From: Roseburia sp.
Lineage (GTDB): Bacteria > Bacillota > Clostridia > Lachnospirales > Lachnospiraceae
Assembly (NCBI GenBank): GCA_017937095.1
Contig: JAGBEG010000012.1
Coordinates: forward strand, 168,101 to 232,100
Direction of reading: 5' to 3'
DNA length: 64,000 bases
Part shown: positions 27,944 through 37,237 of the stretch, one piece after another
Layout of the letters: every line of letters begins with the position of its first letter
How positions within the stretch are numbered: the first letter of the stretch is position 1
Translations under genes and position numbers: made by a program
The notes under the pieces: model-generated
What the model saw: only the letters and a program-made list of their open reading frames with translations
Databases searched by the model: none
Told to the model about the DNA's origin: nothing

Positions 27944-29068
27944 TTAGTCAGTCGGTAAACTCCGTGGATTTGTAAGAAGCAATAGCTTCTCCAGTGCTTC
28001 CATATCATATTCCCTTTGATTAAAATTGTTAAATTTATTATTATTCTTGTATTTCTTCTCTCCGGCGTCGCCCTTGCGCTGCGCCGCTTTGGGGTGCAGC
28101 GCCTGGTACAGCAGTTCCTCAATCACCGGATCCTTTTCTACCCGTTCGTTATTGTTTTCCGACCGTTCCTCACTCGGACTCTCCTTTGCTTTCTGCTGCT
28201 TATCAGTTCCCGACCACTCCTCACGGAGCAGCTTATGTATCAGTTTGATATTAATAATCTTATACTTTATCCATGACTTTCCCTTATTAAGGATTTCTAG
28301 ACTTTTTTTGACAGCGCGATCTATTAAGGACACAAGCTGCTTCTTTTCCACCTCTGCTTTCGCGTCGTACTGTCTGAACAGATTATAGATTTCCTGTTCT
28401 CCTGCCCCAGGTTCCTTGATCCGGCTTCTCCGCAGCACGACCTCGACTGCTTTTTCCCGGAAGCGTTCTGCCTCTTCCTTCGTTCCTGCCTTCCTGTAAA
28501 TAATTTTCTTAGGCTCTATATAATACTTTCCATCCTTTATTCCAATAGAAAATAGTGGTTTTAACGACATCAGATAAGACCGCATCACCCGGCTACTGAC
28601 GTCAAAGCGTTTCTGATATCCATTTTCCTTATCATAGAATTTTTTCACACCAATTTCAAAGTAGCCTTTTCCGGAAAAGGTGATGATCATAAGCTTCATC
28701 GCCAAAAGCTTCGCTCCTGCTTTGAGCTCCTGAAATTCTTTGCAGAAAAATATATTATGATTTGTGTTAATATAACCCGCACGATTATATTCTTCACCGT
28801 TGTATGCATTTCCTACGATTGTGATATCGCAATCACTATAATCATTCTTCTCACACCTTATGAACCCTTTGTTTTCCAGTGATTCCTTTACGTCATAATA
28901 TCCCTGTATACTCATATTTGTTGCATCACAAACATCTTTATAATGCACTCCTGTTACCCTGCCGGTGAGGTCCTGAAACATGGAAATATAAAGCAGAAAA
29001 GTAATTTCGTTTGCTGTGCATTTCTGTTCAATCATCCGGTCAACTATGCTGTTTTTTATTTTCTGCAA
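27944..29068 (-). CDS. Putative replication initiator (winged-helix)
   Basis: N-terminal wHTH-like pattern; C-terminal NKFNNFNQREYDMEALEK recalls DnaD/phage replication protein tails; adjacent to iterons; TTG start. Confidence 0.55.
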   Translation of the reverse strand: MQKIKNSIVDRMIEQKCTANEITFLLYISMFQDLTGRVTGVHYKDVCDATNMSIQGYYDVKESLENKGFIRCEKNDYSDCDITIVGNAYNGEEYNRAGYINTNHNIFFCKEFQELKAGAKLLAMKLMIITFSGKGYFEIGVKKFYDKENGYQKRFDVSSRVMRSYLMSLKPLFSIGIKDGKYYIEPKKIIYRKAGTKEEAERFREKAVEVVLRRSRIKEPGAGEQEIYNLFRQYDAKAEVEKKQLVSLIDRAVKKSLEILNKGKSWIKYKIINIKLIHKLLREEWSGTDKQQKAKESPSEERSENNNERVEKDPVIEELLYQALHPKAAQRKGDAGEKKYKNNNKFNNFNQREYDMEALEKLLLLTNPRSLPTD

Positions 29069-29101
29069 CTATATTTCCCTCCCCTCTCTGCTTTTTTTAA
29101 A

Positions 29102-29209
29102 TGGTGGCGGTCGGATTCGAACCGACAACCTCTTACTTTCCACCTTGGTTACAAGCAGCTTTATACTTGTCCAGGAATCGAACCTGGCAGCTGTGTACCA
29201 TACACCACC
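29102..29209 (-). ncRNA. tRNA-like RNA with two T-arms (non-canonical, no encoded CCA)
   Basis: 7-bp acceptor-like stem GGTGGTG/CGCCACC+A; T-arms CCAGG-TTCGATT-CCTGG and GTCGG-TTCGAAT-CCGAC. Confidence 0.65.
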
Positions 29210-29216
29210 TATATAT

Positions 29217-29549
29217 TCATTCTGCCATTATCTGCGTCAAATCCTCAATAAGCTCCTCGGAGTCTCCTGCATATATACCACTTACAAGCTTGCGGGCAAC
29301 CATCTTTCGGTATTCCTGTTTCGGAACTTCCGGCACGTAGTATGTGTATCTGCCCTTCTTGTATGCCGACAGAAAACCTTTCTTTCTGAGCCGCCCCAGA
29401 AACGTTGATACTGTCTGTGGTTTCCATGATTTTCCATAACGCTCATTTACCTTCGTCATTGTTTCTTCCAGATCGGGAGCTTCCGTCGCATCCCACACAA
29501 CCATCATCACCAGTTCCTCACTCTCCGGTAATTTTCTTATTTCTGCCAT
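29217..29549 (-). CDS. BlaI/MecI/CopY family regulator
   Basis: LPESEELVMMVVW...WKPQTVSTFLGRLRKKG. Confidence 0.85.
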   Translation of the reverse strand: MAEIRKLPESEELVMMVVWDATEAPDLEETMTKVNERYGKSWKPQTVSTFLGRLRKKGFLSAYKKGRYTYYVPEVPKQEYRKMVARKLVSGIYAGDSEELIEDLTQIMAE

Positions 29550-29773
29550 AGATTTTTCTCCTCACCTTCTTCAATCGACATATTTCCATCGCTGCTTCTC
29601 CTAATATTCCATACACTATTTACCCATCCTCTTTCAGCATTCCAAGCACTAATTAATAAATCTAATTCTAATAGTTTGCGTTTATACTCCCGAAACAATA
29701 TTGCAATAACTATTCCCTCAAATACTGTGCCTAATCCCAAGAGCAAACATACTATTACCCACACGTTCAGCAT
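29537..29773 (-). CDS. Small membrane protein
   Basis: ATG 29773 with RBS GAGGTG; one TM helix. Confidence 0.5.
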   Translation of the reverse strand: MLNVWVIVCLLLGLGTVFEGIVIAILFREYKRKLLELDLLISAWNAERGWVNSVWNIRRSSDGNMSIEEGEEKNLWQK

Positions 29774-29911
29774 AATACTCACCTCAAAATACTTATTAAT
29801 CAATGAGCTTCCTTTTCTCCTTCTACAATCCCGCCTGTCCAAACATCACTCTGCTTTTTTGAATAGCTGTTCAAGTTGATAAATAATAACGTTTTTCATC
29901 TTTCATTTACA

Positions 29912-30961
29912 TTAATTTTCCGGCACTATTCCCGGATAATCCCCAATATCCATCTGACCATTCAACTGCCGCTCTTCTTTTTCTGCATCATTCTCCCGCT
30001 TTGCCCATTCATCGAGCAGTTGCAATATAACCTGTTCTATGTAATCTGGTGTCGCCTCAACCGGGAAATACTGCCTCAAACAGGAATCCTTCAGCGTTAT
30101 ATTTTTCTTTACAGGCTTTTCTGCCTTTTCGCGCTTTGACATGATTCGATCTACCGCCGCCTCGTCCAATTTGCCCTGCTCCCTAAGATCTCCCATGGCT
30201 GCGAGCTGCGCTTTATCCGGTAAAATATGATGTTCCTTGTAATATTCAAGAATGTACTCCTGTTCCTCGTGTCCAAAAAAAGATAAAAGGTAGCCAATCC
30301 CTACAGTCATTTTTTCTTCATCCACGATATCTAACAATTCTGAAATAAGATAAGTAAGCCTGATATAACGCTGCACCGTTCTTACTCCATCTCCATTTTT
30401 CTCACCGATTGCATTCATTCCTCCATTGTCCTTTGCTGCGTCCTTCATTTCTTCATTTTGAAGCAAGTCTGTGCGCTTCCCCTGACGACGCAATGCTTCT
30501 GCCTTCGTTCGATAAGCCCAGGCTTTTTCACTGGGTAATAGCACCTCTCTTCTATTATTAGAGTCCACCATAATGACAGCAGCTTCGTCATCATCAATCT
30601 CTTTTATGTAAGCGGGTACTTCCGTCAAGCCGGCAAGTCCTGCAGCATAATTCCGACGATGTCCTGCGATGATCTCATATTCTCCCAGCTTATCCTTGTC
30701 TGGTCGTATTAATAATGGTTCCAGAATTCCCAGCTCCCGAATACTATCCGACAGCTCCAGCATCTTTTCATCCTCCATAACCCGAAAGGGATGCCCATAA
30801 AAAGAAGAAAATGCATGCAGGGCGCTCCTTTTTACCATGACCCACGATGATTTGCTTTGCTCATTCACTGTAGCTTTCTTTTCCTCTTCTCTGGCTTCAT
30901 ACGCCGGAATATTCTGAAACATACCGCCAAAAATATCCGCGTTTGTCACATTTTTTGCCAT
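29912..30961 (-). CDS. parB: ParB/Spo0J family partition protein
   Basis: SIRELGILEPLLIRP...YEIIAGHRR; start probably ATG 30961. Confidence 0.9.
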   Translation of the reverse strand: MAKNVTNADIFGGMFQNIPAYEAREEEKKATVNEQSKSSWVMVKRSALHAFSSFYGHPFRVMEDEKMLELSDSIRELGILEPLLIRPDKDKLGEYEIIAGHRRNYAAGLAGLTEVPAYIKEIDDDEAAVIMVDSNNRREVLLPSEKAWAYRTKAEALRRQGKRTDLLQNEEMKDAAKDNGGMNAIGEKNGDGVRTVQRYIRLTYLISELLDIVDEEKMTVGIGYLLSFFGHEEQEYILEYYKEHHILPDKAQLAAMGDLREQGKLDEAAVDRIMSKREKAEKPVKKNITLKDSCLRQYFPVEATPDYIEQVILQLLDEWAKRENDAEKEERQLNGQMDIGDYPGIVPEN

Positions 30962-30966
30962 TTCCG

Positions 30967-31725
30967 CTACCTCCCGATAATTTCTTCGCATACCTTCCAG
31001 TAATCCTTCGCCGTGCTGCAGGCAGGATTATATTCCTGCACGCTCATCCGCGCTGACTGGGCTTTTTTGCAATCCTCACACTCACGGATTTTCGTATCAA
31101 ATACAGTGGTATCAAACATCTTTAACACCTCGGGCAGTCCACTGCTGATTTCCCGGCAAAGAGTTGTGCGCTCCTTATACTTATTTAGAAGCACACCTGT
31201 CACACGCAAACTGCGGTTTGTATATTTTTTCGTGGCATTTATGGTAACATACAAATCGTTGATTCCCTCCATCCCGTAGCGATCACATGTTACCGGTATT
31301 ACTACTTCATCTGCGAATGTAAGCGCATTTGATAACATGCATCCCAGGCTCGGCGGAGTATCTACAACAATAAAATCATATTGATCTCTGATATCCTCAC
31401 AGGCATCCCGCAACGTAAACAGCCTTGTCGCATCATCCGGAAACTTCGTCTCCGGATTCTTCAGAAGCTTGTCCGATGCAATTACATCCAGCTTCTCCAT
31501 ATGCTGAATACATTCTTTCGCACTCTCATGCTCAAAAAGCAGATCATAGAGCGTTGCCACGCCTTCCACCTGTGCCCGGCAGGTATCTGTGGAATTACAC
31601 TGCCCATCCGTATCAATCAACAACACCCTCTTTCCCAGTTCTGCCAAATCAAACGCGATATTCACCGCTGTAGTCGTTTTCCCAATTCCACCCTTCTGAT
31701 TCGCTACTGCAATTACTCTGCTCAT
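30967..31725 (-). CDS. parA: ParA family ATPase
   Basis: NQKGGIGKTTT, IDTDGQCN, VDTPP motifs. Confidence 0.92.
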   Translation of the reverse strand: MSRVIAVANQKGGIGKTTTAVNIAFDLAELGKRVLLIDTDGQCNSTDTCRAQVEGVATLYDLLFEHESAKECIQHMEKLDVIASDKLLKNPETKFPDDATRLFTLRDACEDIRDQYDFIVVDTPPSLGCMLSNALTFADEVVIPVTCDRYGMEGINDLYVTINATKKYTNRSLRVTGVLLNKYKERTTLCREISSGLPEVLKMFDTTVFDTKIRECEDCKKAQSARMSVQEYNPACSTAKDYWKVCEEIIGR

Positions 31726-31763
31726 ATGCTTTTCTCCTTTTTCTCCGTCTTATTTATTTTCCT

Positions 31764-33446
31764 TTATCTGCGTTTTCTTGTGTTCCTGAACCGCTGCACA
31801 CGCTCCGATCCAGAGGCTGATATCCTCTCATGAGTTTTCTGTACATTCTGAACAATTACATCTAACGTTCCATGATTATAAACTCCATAAAACAGATTGT
31901 AGCGCTGCATCATCTGTCCTACTTCTTTATCCTTGGCAATACTCTCCTCATAGGAATGTATTCTTCCTTCCTCCTCGAATTTTCCGTCCCGCTGTACCAG
32001 AAAGTTGAAATTATCATACTGTGCATTTAAGTGTTCAAGCATTTCTTCATATTCCGGGGTCAGTTCCTTGTTATAGACTGCATTTAAAAGAATCGATGCA
32101 TCTGTAACTATGAAATCTACTTTTCCATATAACCGGTCAATCCGATGAAGCTGCTCTTTCAATATTTCAAGCTGATGTTCTTCACTTCCATCCAATAACT
32201 CATAGTTTTCCTCCCACACCAGATCCTTGGCGTATTCTGACACATATTCCACCACATATCCCAGCTTCTTCAATTCCTCTACAATGTGAAAGCACGCCGT
32301 TGACTTCCCTGCGCCTGGTCCTCCAAACGCATTTATGACCAATGAATGGTGCTTTCCCTTTTCCCGCAATTCCCCCATTAACCTCTGATGCTGTTCTATA
32401 AAATCCTTCCATACATTTCCTGTATCTGGCTTTCCTTCCTGTTTCTGAACCGCCTCTGTCTTCCGGTATATCAAATATTCGTTCCAATCCTTGCAGCCGG
32501 TTTCTTTCGGAACAATATCTGTATGAGTCTGATAGCCCTCCAGCATATATTTCTCTAATAAGCCCGTGGTTCCCTTCTGCTCGTTTCCATACAGTGCTTC
32601 CATGCCCGCCTTGTCATTATCCAGGCAAAAGCCAATTTCTTTAATATGCCGATAATCCTTTAGAAATTGCACGAGCGGATTATCAGCCACCATGCCAAGC
32701 ACAAGCTTGTTGCTCTCATAGTCTCCTGTTATATCCAGATAAGACATCAGATCAATATTTGCCTCAAAGACCTTTAACACGCCGCTTTCCTCATTCACGA
32801 TGTTAATTCCGTAGTTTTTATCATTTCCAGCCACATCCCCGCGATATTTCTTACCATAAATGTCCGCTGTTCCGCGCTTGGTGGCATAACGTACTACACC
32901 ATCCTTGTCTTTGCCAAGGAATACCAGATTGTGATGTTCCTTTTCTTCGTATAAGATTTTCAAATCCTTGACAAAATAATCGACGACCTTCTGCGATAAT
33001 CCCCTTGTCTTCATTAAGTAGGCATATGCCCTTCTGTAATTCCCTTCTGCCATCGCCTCCGGCAAAATGAATTCCTGACGCTCTTTCTGTGGGATTTTCA
33101 CTGCCTGATTTCTTAACGTTCCCTCTTCCACATGATTCTTCCACGATGTATCCCGCGCCGAAATTCCCTGAAATTCCAGAAGGATGCCAATCGCATCTGA
33201 AATAGATTCCACACCGCAAAACTGCATGAGAAAATCAACCTGCGAACCGCCTTCTGCCCCTTTCGTTCCTGCTTTCGACCAGCGATACCACGTCCTGTCA
33301 TTGTATATCCGGACAGAATCATGCTCCGTCAGCGTAAAAAGCTGATTTCCTACGTGCCTGGGATGATATCCATAATGTGCAGCAAGCGCCGTCAGGCTTA
33401 CCTCTTTTGCCTGAAGAATCTGTTCATCTGTAAAACGATATGTCAT
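31764..33446 (-). CDS. DUF3991/Toprim primase-like protein fused to a C-terminal P-loop (NadR/kinase-like) domain
   Basis: VFEANIDLMSY, CLDNDKAG, KDWNEYL; then GGPGAGKST and VTDAS. Confidence 0.75.
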   Translation of the reverse strand: MTYRFTDEQILQAKEVSLTALAAHYGYHPRHVGNQLFTLTEHDSVRIYNDRTWYRWSKAGTKGAEGGSQVDFLMQFCGVESISDAIGILLEFQGISARDTSWKNHVEEGTLRNQAVKIPQKERQEFILPEAMAEGNYRRAYAYLMKTRGLSQKVVDYFVKDLKILYEEKEHHNLVFLGKDKDGVVRYATKRGTADIYGKKYRGDVAGNDKNYGINIVNEESGVLKVFEANIDLMSYLDITGDYESNKLVLGMVADNPLVQFLKDYRHIKEIGFCLDNDKAGMEALYGNEQKGTTGLLEKYMLEGYQTHTDIVPKETGCKDWNEYLIYRKTEAVQKQEGKPDTGNVWKDFIEQHQRLMGELREKGKHHSLVINAFGGPGAGKSTACFHIVEELKKLGYVVEYVSEYAKDLVWEENYELLDGSEEHQLEILKEQLHRIDRLYGKVDFIVTDASILLNAVYNKELTPEYEEMLEHLNAQYDNFNFLVQRDGKFEEEGRIHSYEESIAKDKEVGQMMQRYNLFYGVYNHGTLDVIVQNVQKTHERISASGSERVQRFRNTRKRR

Positions 33447-33449
33447 GCC

Positions 33450-33890
33450 CTACCTCTCTTTCGATTCTTTATTGATTGCCCTCATAAGTTCATCCGCCAT
33501 GTCAAGTATAAGTGTCACCGTTTCTTCACCTGCTATCTCCATGATCTGCTCAAACCGCTTACCATTTGTAACACTTGCACCTTCTCTGTTGCATGTTTCC
33601 GATACGTCCGCCAGATCAATCCCGTCAATATCCAGGAACTGTCTGACTGGTACTTTCAGTGCCGTCGCAATTTTAATCAGCGCTTTTAAGCTTATCCTGC
33701 ATTTTTCTGTCTCTGCCTTTGATATGCAGCTAACAGAAAGATTCGACAGCTCTGCTAACTTTGATATTGATAGCTCCTGCTTTATCCGTTCTTCACGTAT
33801 CCGGCTTCCAACTTCTGCGAGGCAGGCTTCCATCTTCTCATCATCATAGGCAAGTGACTCCACACTAATTCGACTTTGCTGTTCTTCCAT
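33450..33890 (-). CDS. XRE-family HTH regulator
   Basis: IREERIKQELSISKLAELSNLSVSCISKAE; paralog of 7488-7874. Confidence 0.85.
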   Translation of the reverse strand: MEEQQSRISVESLAYDDEKMEACLAEVGSRIREERIKQELSISKLAELSNLSVSCISKAETEKCRISLKALIKIATALKVPVRQFLDIDGIDLADVSETCNREGASVTNGKRFEQIMEIAGEETVTLILDMADELMRAINKESKER

Positions 33891-33893
33891 CTG

Positions 33894-34271
33894 CTACCTC
33901 ACTTTTTTCTTGTTATGCTTCTCCTGATCTAGCTGCTTCTGCGGCTCATTCTGCTTTTTCTGCTCTTCCTCCTTCCGCTGCTCTTCTTCCCGCTGCCACT
34001 GTATGAACTCCCAATGCTCCCGTACAGCCTCCGCAATCGCTCTGCCTGCCCGCTTTCCCATCACTGCCGAAAGACGCTCAGTATTATAAAATGTATCTGT
34101 CGGTGTTCCTGCCTCCGTGCTGATCTGCCAGTTTGGAATCGCAATATACCATCCATTAATATGACGCCCATAAATCACAAGATAATTGTTCCCATTCCAA
34201 TCAATGCTCGCCTCATGTGTTTCTGTAGTATCATAGCTGTGTCTTATCTCTGCCTTTCCAATGCTCCCCAT
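33894..34271 (-). CDS. Hypothetical protein (DUF6618-like)
   Basis: YGRHINGWYIAIPNW...DTFYNTERL recalled from Lachnospiraceae mobile-element proteins. Confidence 0.5.
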   Translation of the reverse strand: MGSIGKAEIRHSYDTTETHEASIDWNGNNYLVIYGRHINGWYIAIPNWQISTEAGTPTDTFYNTERLSAVMGKRAGRAIAEAVREHWEFIQWQREEEQRKEEEQKKQNEPQKQLDQEKHNKKKVR

Positions 34272-34274
34272 AGA

Positions 34275-34472
34275 CTACTCCTTTCTTTCCTTGTTTTTAT
34301 TTGTTTTCTTTTCTTCCCGAAACCTCTTGTATTTCAGATATTGAATTGCGCCACATAAACCCAGAATGGCACATACCAATATAATGTTTATGACATCAAT
34401 AATCTTAATCGTTGTCGCCATTTTTCCTCTTTTCCGCGTAATAGCGCTGTTCTTCGTCATATTTTTTCTCAT
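34275..34472 (-). CDS. Small membrane protein
   Basis: One TM helix; coupled to the downstream gene. Confidence 0.45.
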   Translation of the reverse strand: MRKNMTKNSAITRKRGKMATTIKIIDVINIILVCAILGLCGAIQYLKYKRFREEKKTNKNKERKE

Positions 34473-34575
34473 ATATAAACATCACACTGTATGGTATCGT
34501 TTCCTTCAAACCACATTCTTTTGAAAATTTAATTCTTGCAGCCTCATATGCACAATCAATTTCCCACGGTCCAGA

Positions 34576-35043
34576 CTAATCCAGTTTTGATTTTTCTCTC
34601 CATTCAAAATACTTTCTTCTTAACGCATACTGTCCGCTTTGTCTTTCAAAATCATCCGTCTCTTGCTCCATATGCCATAACACGCGTTCTAATGATTGTT
34701 TTTCCTTATCGTCCATTTCGAATATGCAGAATAAATCCGGGTACTTCAAAACAACATACGGGTGCACATATGCAGTTCCATTCCTTGATCTCCAGTTATC
34801 TGTCAAACACTCCAGAAGATAATCTTTCATATACCGGGCTATCTCTATTTCGAAAAAGAATTTGTCGGCTTCCTTGCAAGCCATTAATAAGCAGATTTGA
34901 ATATAGATGAGCTGCTGTGATAAAAGCAGCAATTCTTTTCTTCTTTTCACTTGTTGCCGCTCTGAATTCTTGACTTTACAAAACCATACTCCTACAATTA
35001 TTAAAAACAGCAATAATATGAAGTTAATCATTATCAATATCAC
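34576..35043 (-). CDS. Hypothetical protein with N-terminal TM helix
   Basis: RBS GGAGGTG. Confidence 0.55.
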   Translation of the reverse strand: MILIMINFILLLFLIIVGVWFCKVKNSERQQVKRRKELLLLSQQLIYIQICLLMACKEADKFFFEIEIARYMKDYLLECLTDNWRSRNGTAYVHPYVVLKYPDLFCIFEMDDKEKQSLERVLWHMEQETDDFERQSGQYALRRKYFEWREKSKLD

Positions 35044-35048
35044 CTCCT

Positions 35049-35827
35049 ATGAAAGGACAAATTATGCTCTTAAAAAAAATATTTCACCAGACACCAAACC
35101 AACTCCCCGAAAATCAAAGGTTGCTGCAAATCCATACATACTACCTGAATTTTGCCAAGGATATCCTAGCATCTCCATTTTACATGCAACCCCAAAATGA
35201 ACTAATGAAGCTAAATGCCCTAAACAAGTTAATAAAAGTATTGACACTTGATATCGAGAATCATATTCTATTGCATACTATCAGTGTTGAACACGATTAT
35301 CCATTTAGCTCAACACTATTTCTCGACAGTCCAGTTTGTCCCAAATGTGGACGTTTGAATAACTGCACCTTAAATCGTAAAAAAATCGTTAAACCTATTG
35401 CCATTGATATATCTATGCATCCTACAATTTCCTGCCCCTGGAACAAGACTCGACTAATGAATGCTTTTGGAAGTATTGGTGTTTCCGTTGATAATCCCTA
35501 TATTTTTGACAAAAACAATCACTTTTCCGGTGAACTATATGCACCATTGAATCTTACAAAAATACATAATGGCTATCATTCCTCTGCCTGTGGCATATAT
35601 GATACAAATGCTATATATTATCCAGAGTATTTCTGCGATTTTTATGATTTCTACGATGAAATCTATTTTGATGGAATGTCATTCCGTCACAAAACTGTAG
35701 GTCTGTCATAGAAACGCCTGAACCAAAATCTTTAGGTACGATATACGAAATCGGTCGCTTACTTTATGAACACAATCTATCTCTATTGACACTGCTAAAA
35801 ACAGAAATTATTACCACAGATCTATAA
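35049..35827 (+). pseudogene. DUF6710-like gene interrupted by a one-base frameshift near 35691-35694
   Basis: ORF stops at 35711, but the -1 frame stays open to TAA 35827 with CRSVIETPEPKSLGTIYEIGRLL; AT-rich, opposite strand to neighbours. Confidence 0.55.
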
Positions 35828-35957
35828 TTATTATCCCACCATAGTCCTTGCTACCTACTCCTTTCTCTCGTGGAAGCTGCACGTACAGCAGCCTCTACGA
35901 GTTCTGACGCTTAACGAGTAACGTGTGATATAATAACCCAAGTATGAGAAAATTCCA

Positions 35958-37097
35958 TTATCTTCCCTTTCTTTGATGTCTTCTGGATTCAAATTCCTGC
36001 TGATCCTGTTCGTGTCCATCTTCCACATGTCCCGTATCTCGCTCCTCTTCCCTTTCGTTCCCCGACGTACGGATAATCTCTGCAATATCTGCCGCGAGCA
36101 TTTCCGGCATCCGATTCCAGGGCACCATCGCCTTCTGCCACGAACCATTTGTATGATTTATTCCATTCAACAGCTTAATACCACGTGCCGGCGGTTCCCA
36201 TGCGTTCAGATTCAAAGTGTAATCATCCAAAAGAAAATCCCTTTCGGTAACACCGCCCTTTATCACATCCTTTTTATCGCTCCCGCACGGCGGGAACAGT
36301 CTGTGAGCCATATCAACCTCCGGTAAATAACGGTCCAGCCACGCGTTTTTCTCCTTCAGAGCGTATGGGCTGTCACTGAGCACCGCCGAAAGAATATGTA
36401 CCTCAATATCCGGATTGTCCTTGATGATAAGCTTAACAGCCTCCACGACTGCCATCTGCGGCTGCAAGTTCTCGAAGTAGCCTTTTTCATATAACTGCTC
36501 TAATGTATCGACCTGCTTAAATTCGGCAAGTGTGCCATCCATATCAACAAAAAGCCGCTTCTTCCCTCTCTCCTGTTCCAGTTCTTCCTGTTCTAACCGC
36601 TCCAGCACATTTTCCTCTGCATAGCGGACAAATGCACGCAGTCCCAGATCCTCACAATAACTCAACGACTTACTGTCCATGGAAAGCTGAAATTCCCTTG
36701 TCTGCAGGTCATATTCATAGAAACGCTCTTTCTGCGGTGAGATCAGACAGCCGCTGCCATCCTTTTCATGATCCCACTTCCAGCCTTCCGGAAGCATGCT
36801 TGTCCGTTCATTCACATTAGCGCTAACCTTCGTCATTGAATCCGGGAAGTACACCGCTACATAATCCCGGATCAGATTAATCTCCTCCTGTGACAATCTT
36901 ACCAGCCCATCCCTTTCGCTCCAGATGCTCTCCTGCAAAAGTTCCCCTGCTTCCTCCTCCGTCCTTGCATACTTTAATGCTTTCTCGATCACTGCATATG
37001 CTGCCCGGACATCTGGCTGCATATCATCCGTTGCGAGCGCCTTGTTGACTTCCGCTGCAACCTCCCTTAGTGTTTTAAGACTCTCATCTGTTTTCAT
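35958..37097 (-). CDS. HAD-superfamily 5'-nucleotidase-like protein with N-terminal extension
   Basis: LFVDMDGTLAEF and LLDDYTLNL motifs. Confidence 0.75.
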   Translation of the reverse strand: MKTDESLKTLREVAAEVNKALATDDMQPDVRAAYAVIEKALKYARTEEEAGELLQESIWSERDGLVRLSQEEINLIRDYVAVYFPDSMTKVSANVNERTSMLPEGWKWDHEKDGSGCLISPQKERFYEYDLQTREFQLSMDSKSLSYCEDLGLRAFVRYAEENVLERLEQEELEQERGKKRLFVDMDGTLAEFKQVDTLEQLYEKGYFENLQPQMAVVEAVKLIIKDNPDIEVHILSAVLSDSPYALKEKNAWLDRYLPEVDMAHRLFPPCGSDKKDVIKGGVTERDFLLDDYTLNLNAWEPPARGIKLLNGINHTNGSWQKAMVPWNRMPEMLAADIAEIIRTSGNEREEERDTGHVEDGHEQDQQEFESRRHQRKGR

Positions 37098-37237
37098 GCT
37101 GTTCCTCCTGTTTTCTTTTTATTTGTTTCTTTTCCTGCAATTACCAGCCGTTCTGCCACAATGCTTAAATAAAGTACCTCAATCTTATATTCTCTTTCTG
37201 TCATCTGCTCTCCTTCCCCCGCCTATCACACCCCTAC

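Noticed and set aside
29102-29209. Ordinary tRNA-Thr(UGU) or tRNA-Ser(GGA)
   Set aside because: CTTGTAA and GTGGAAA look like anticodon loops, but flanking 5-bp stems do not pair; the extra T-arm and 108-nt length do not fit a cloverleaf
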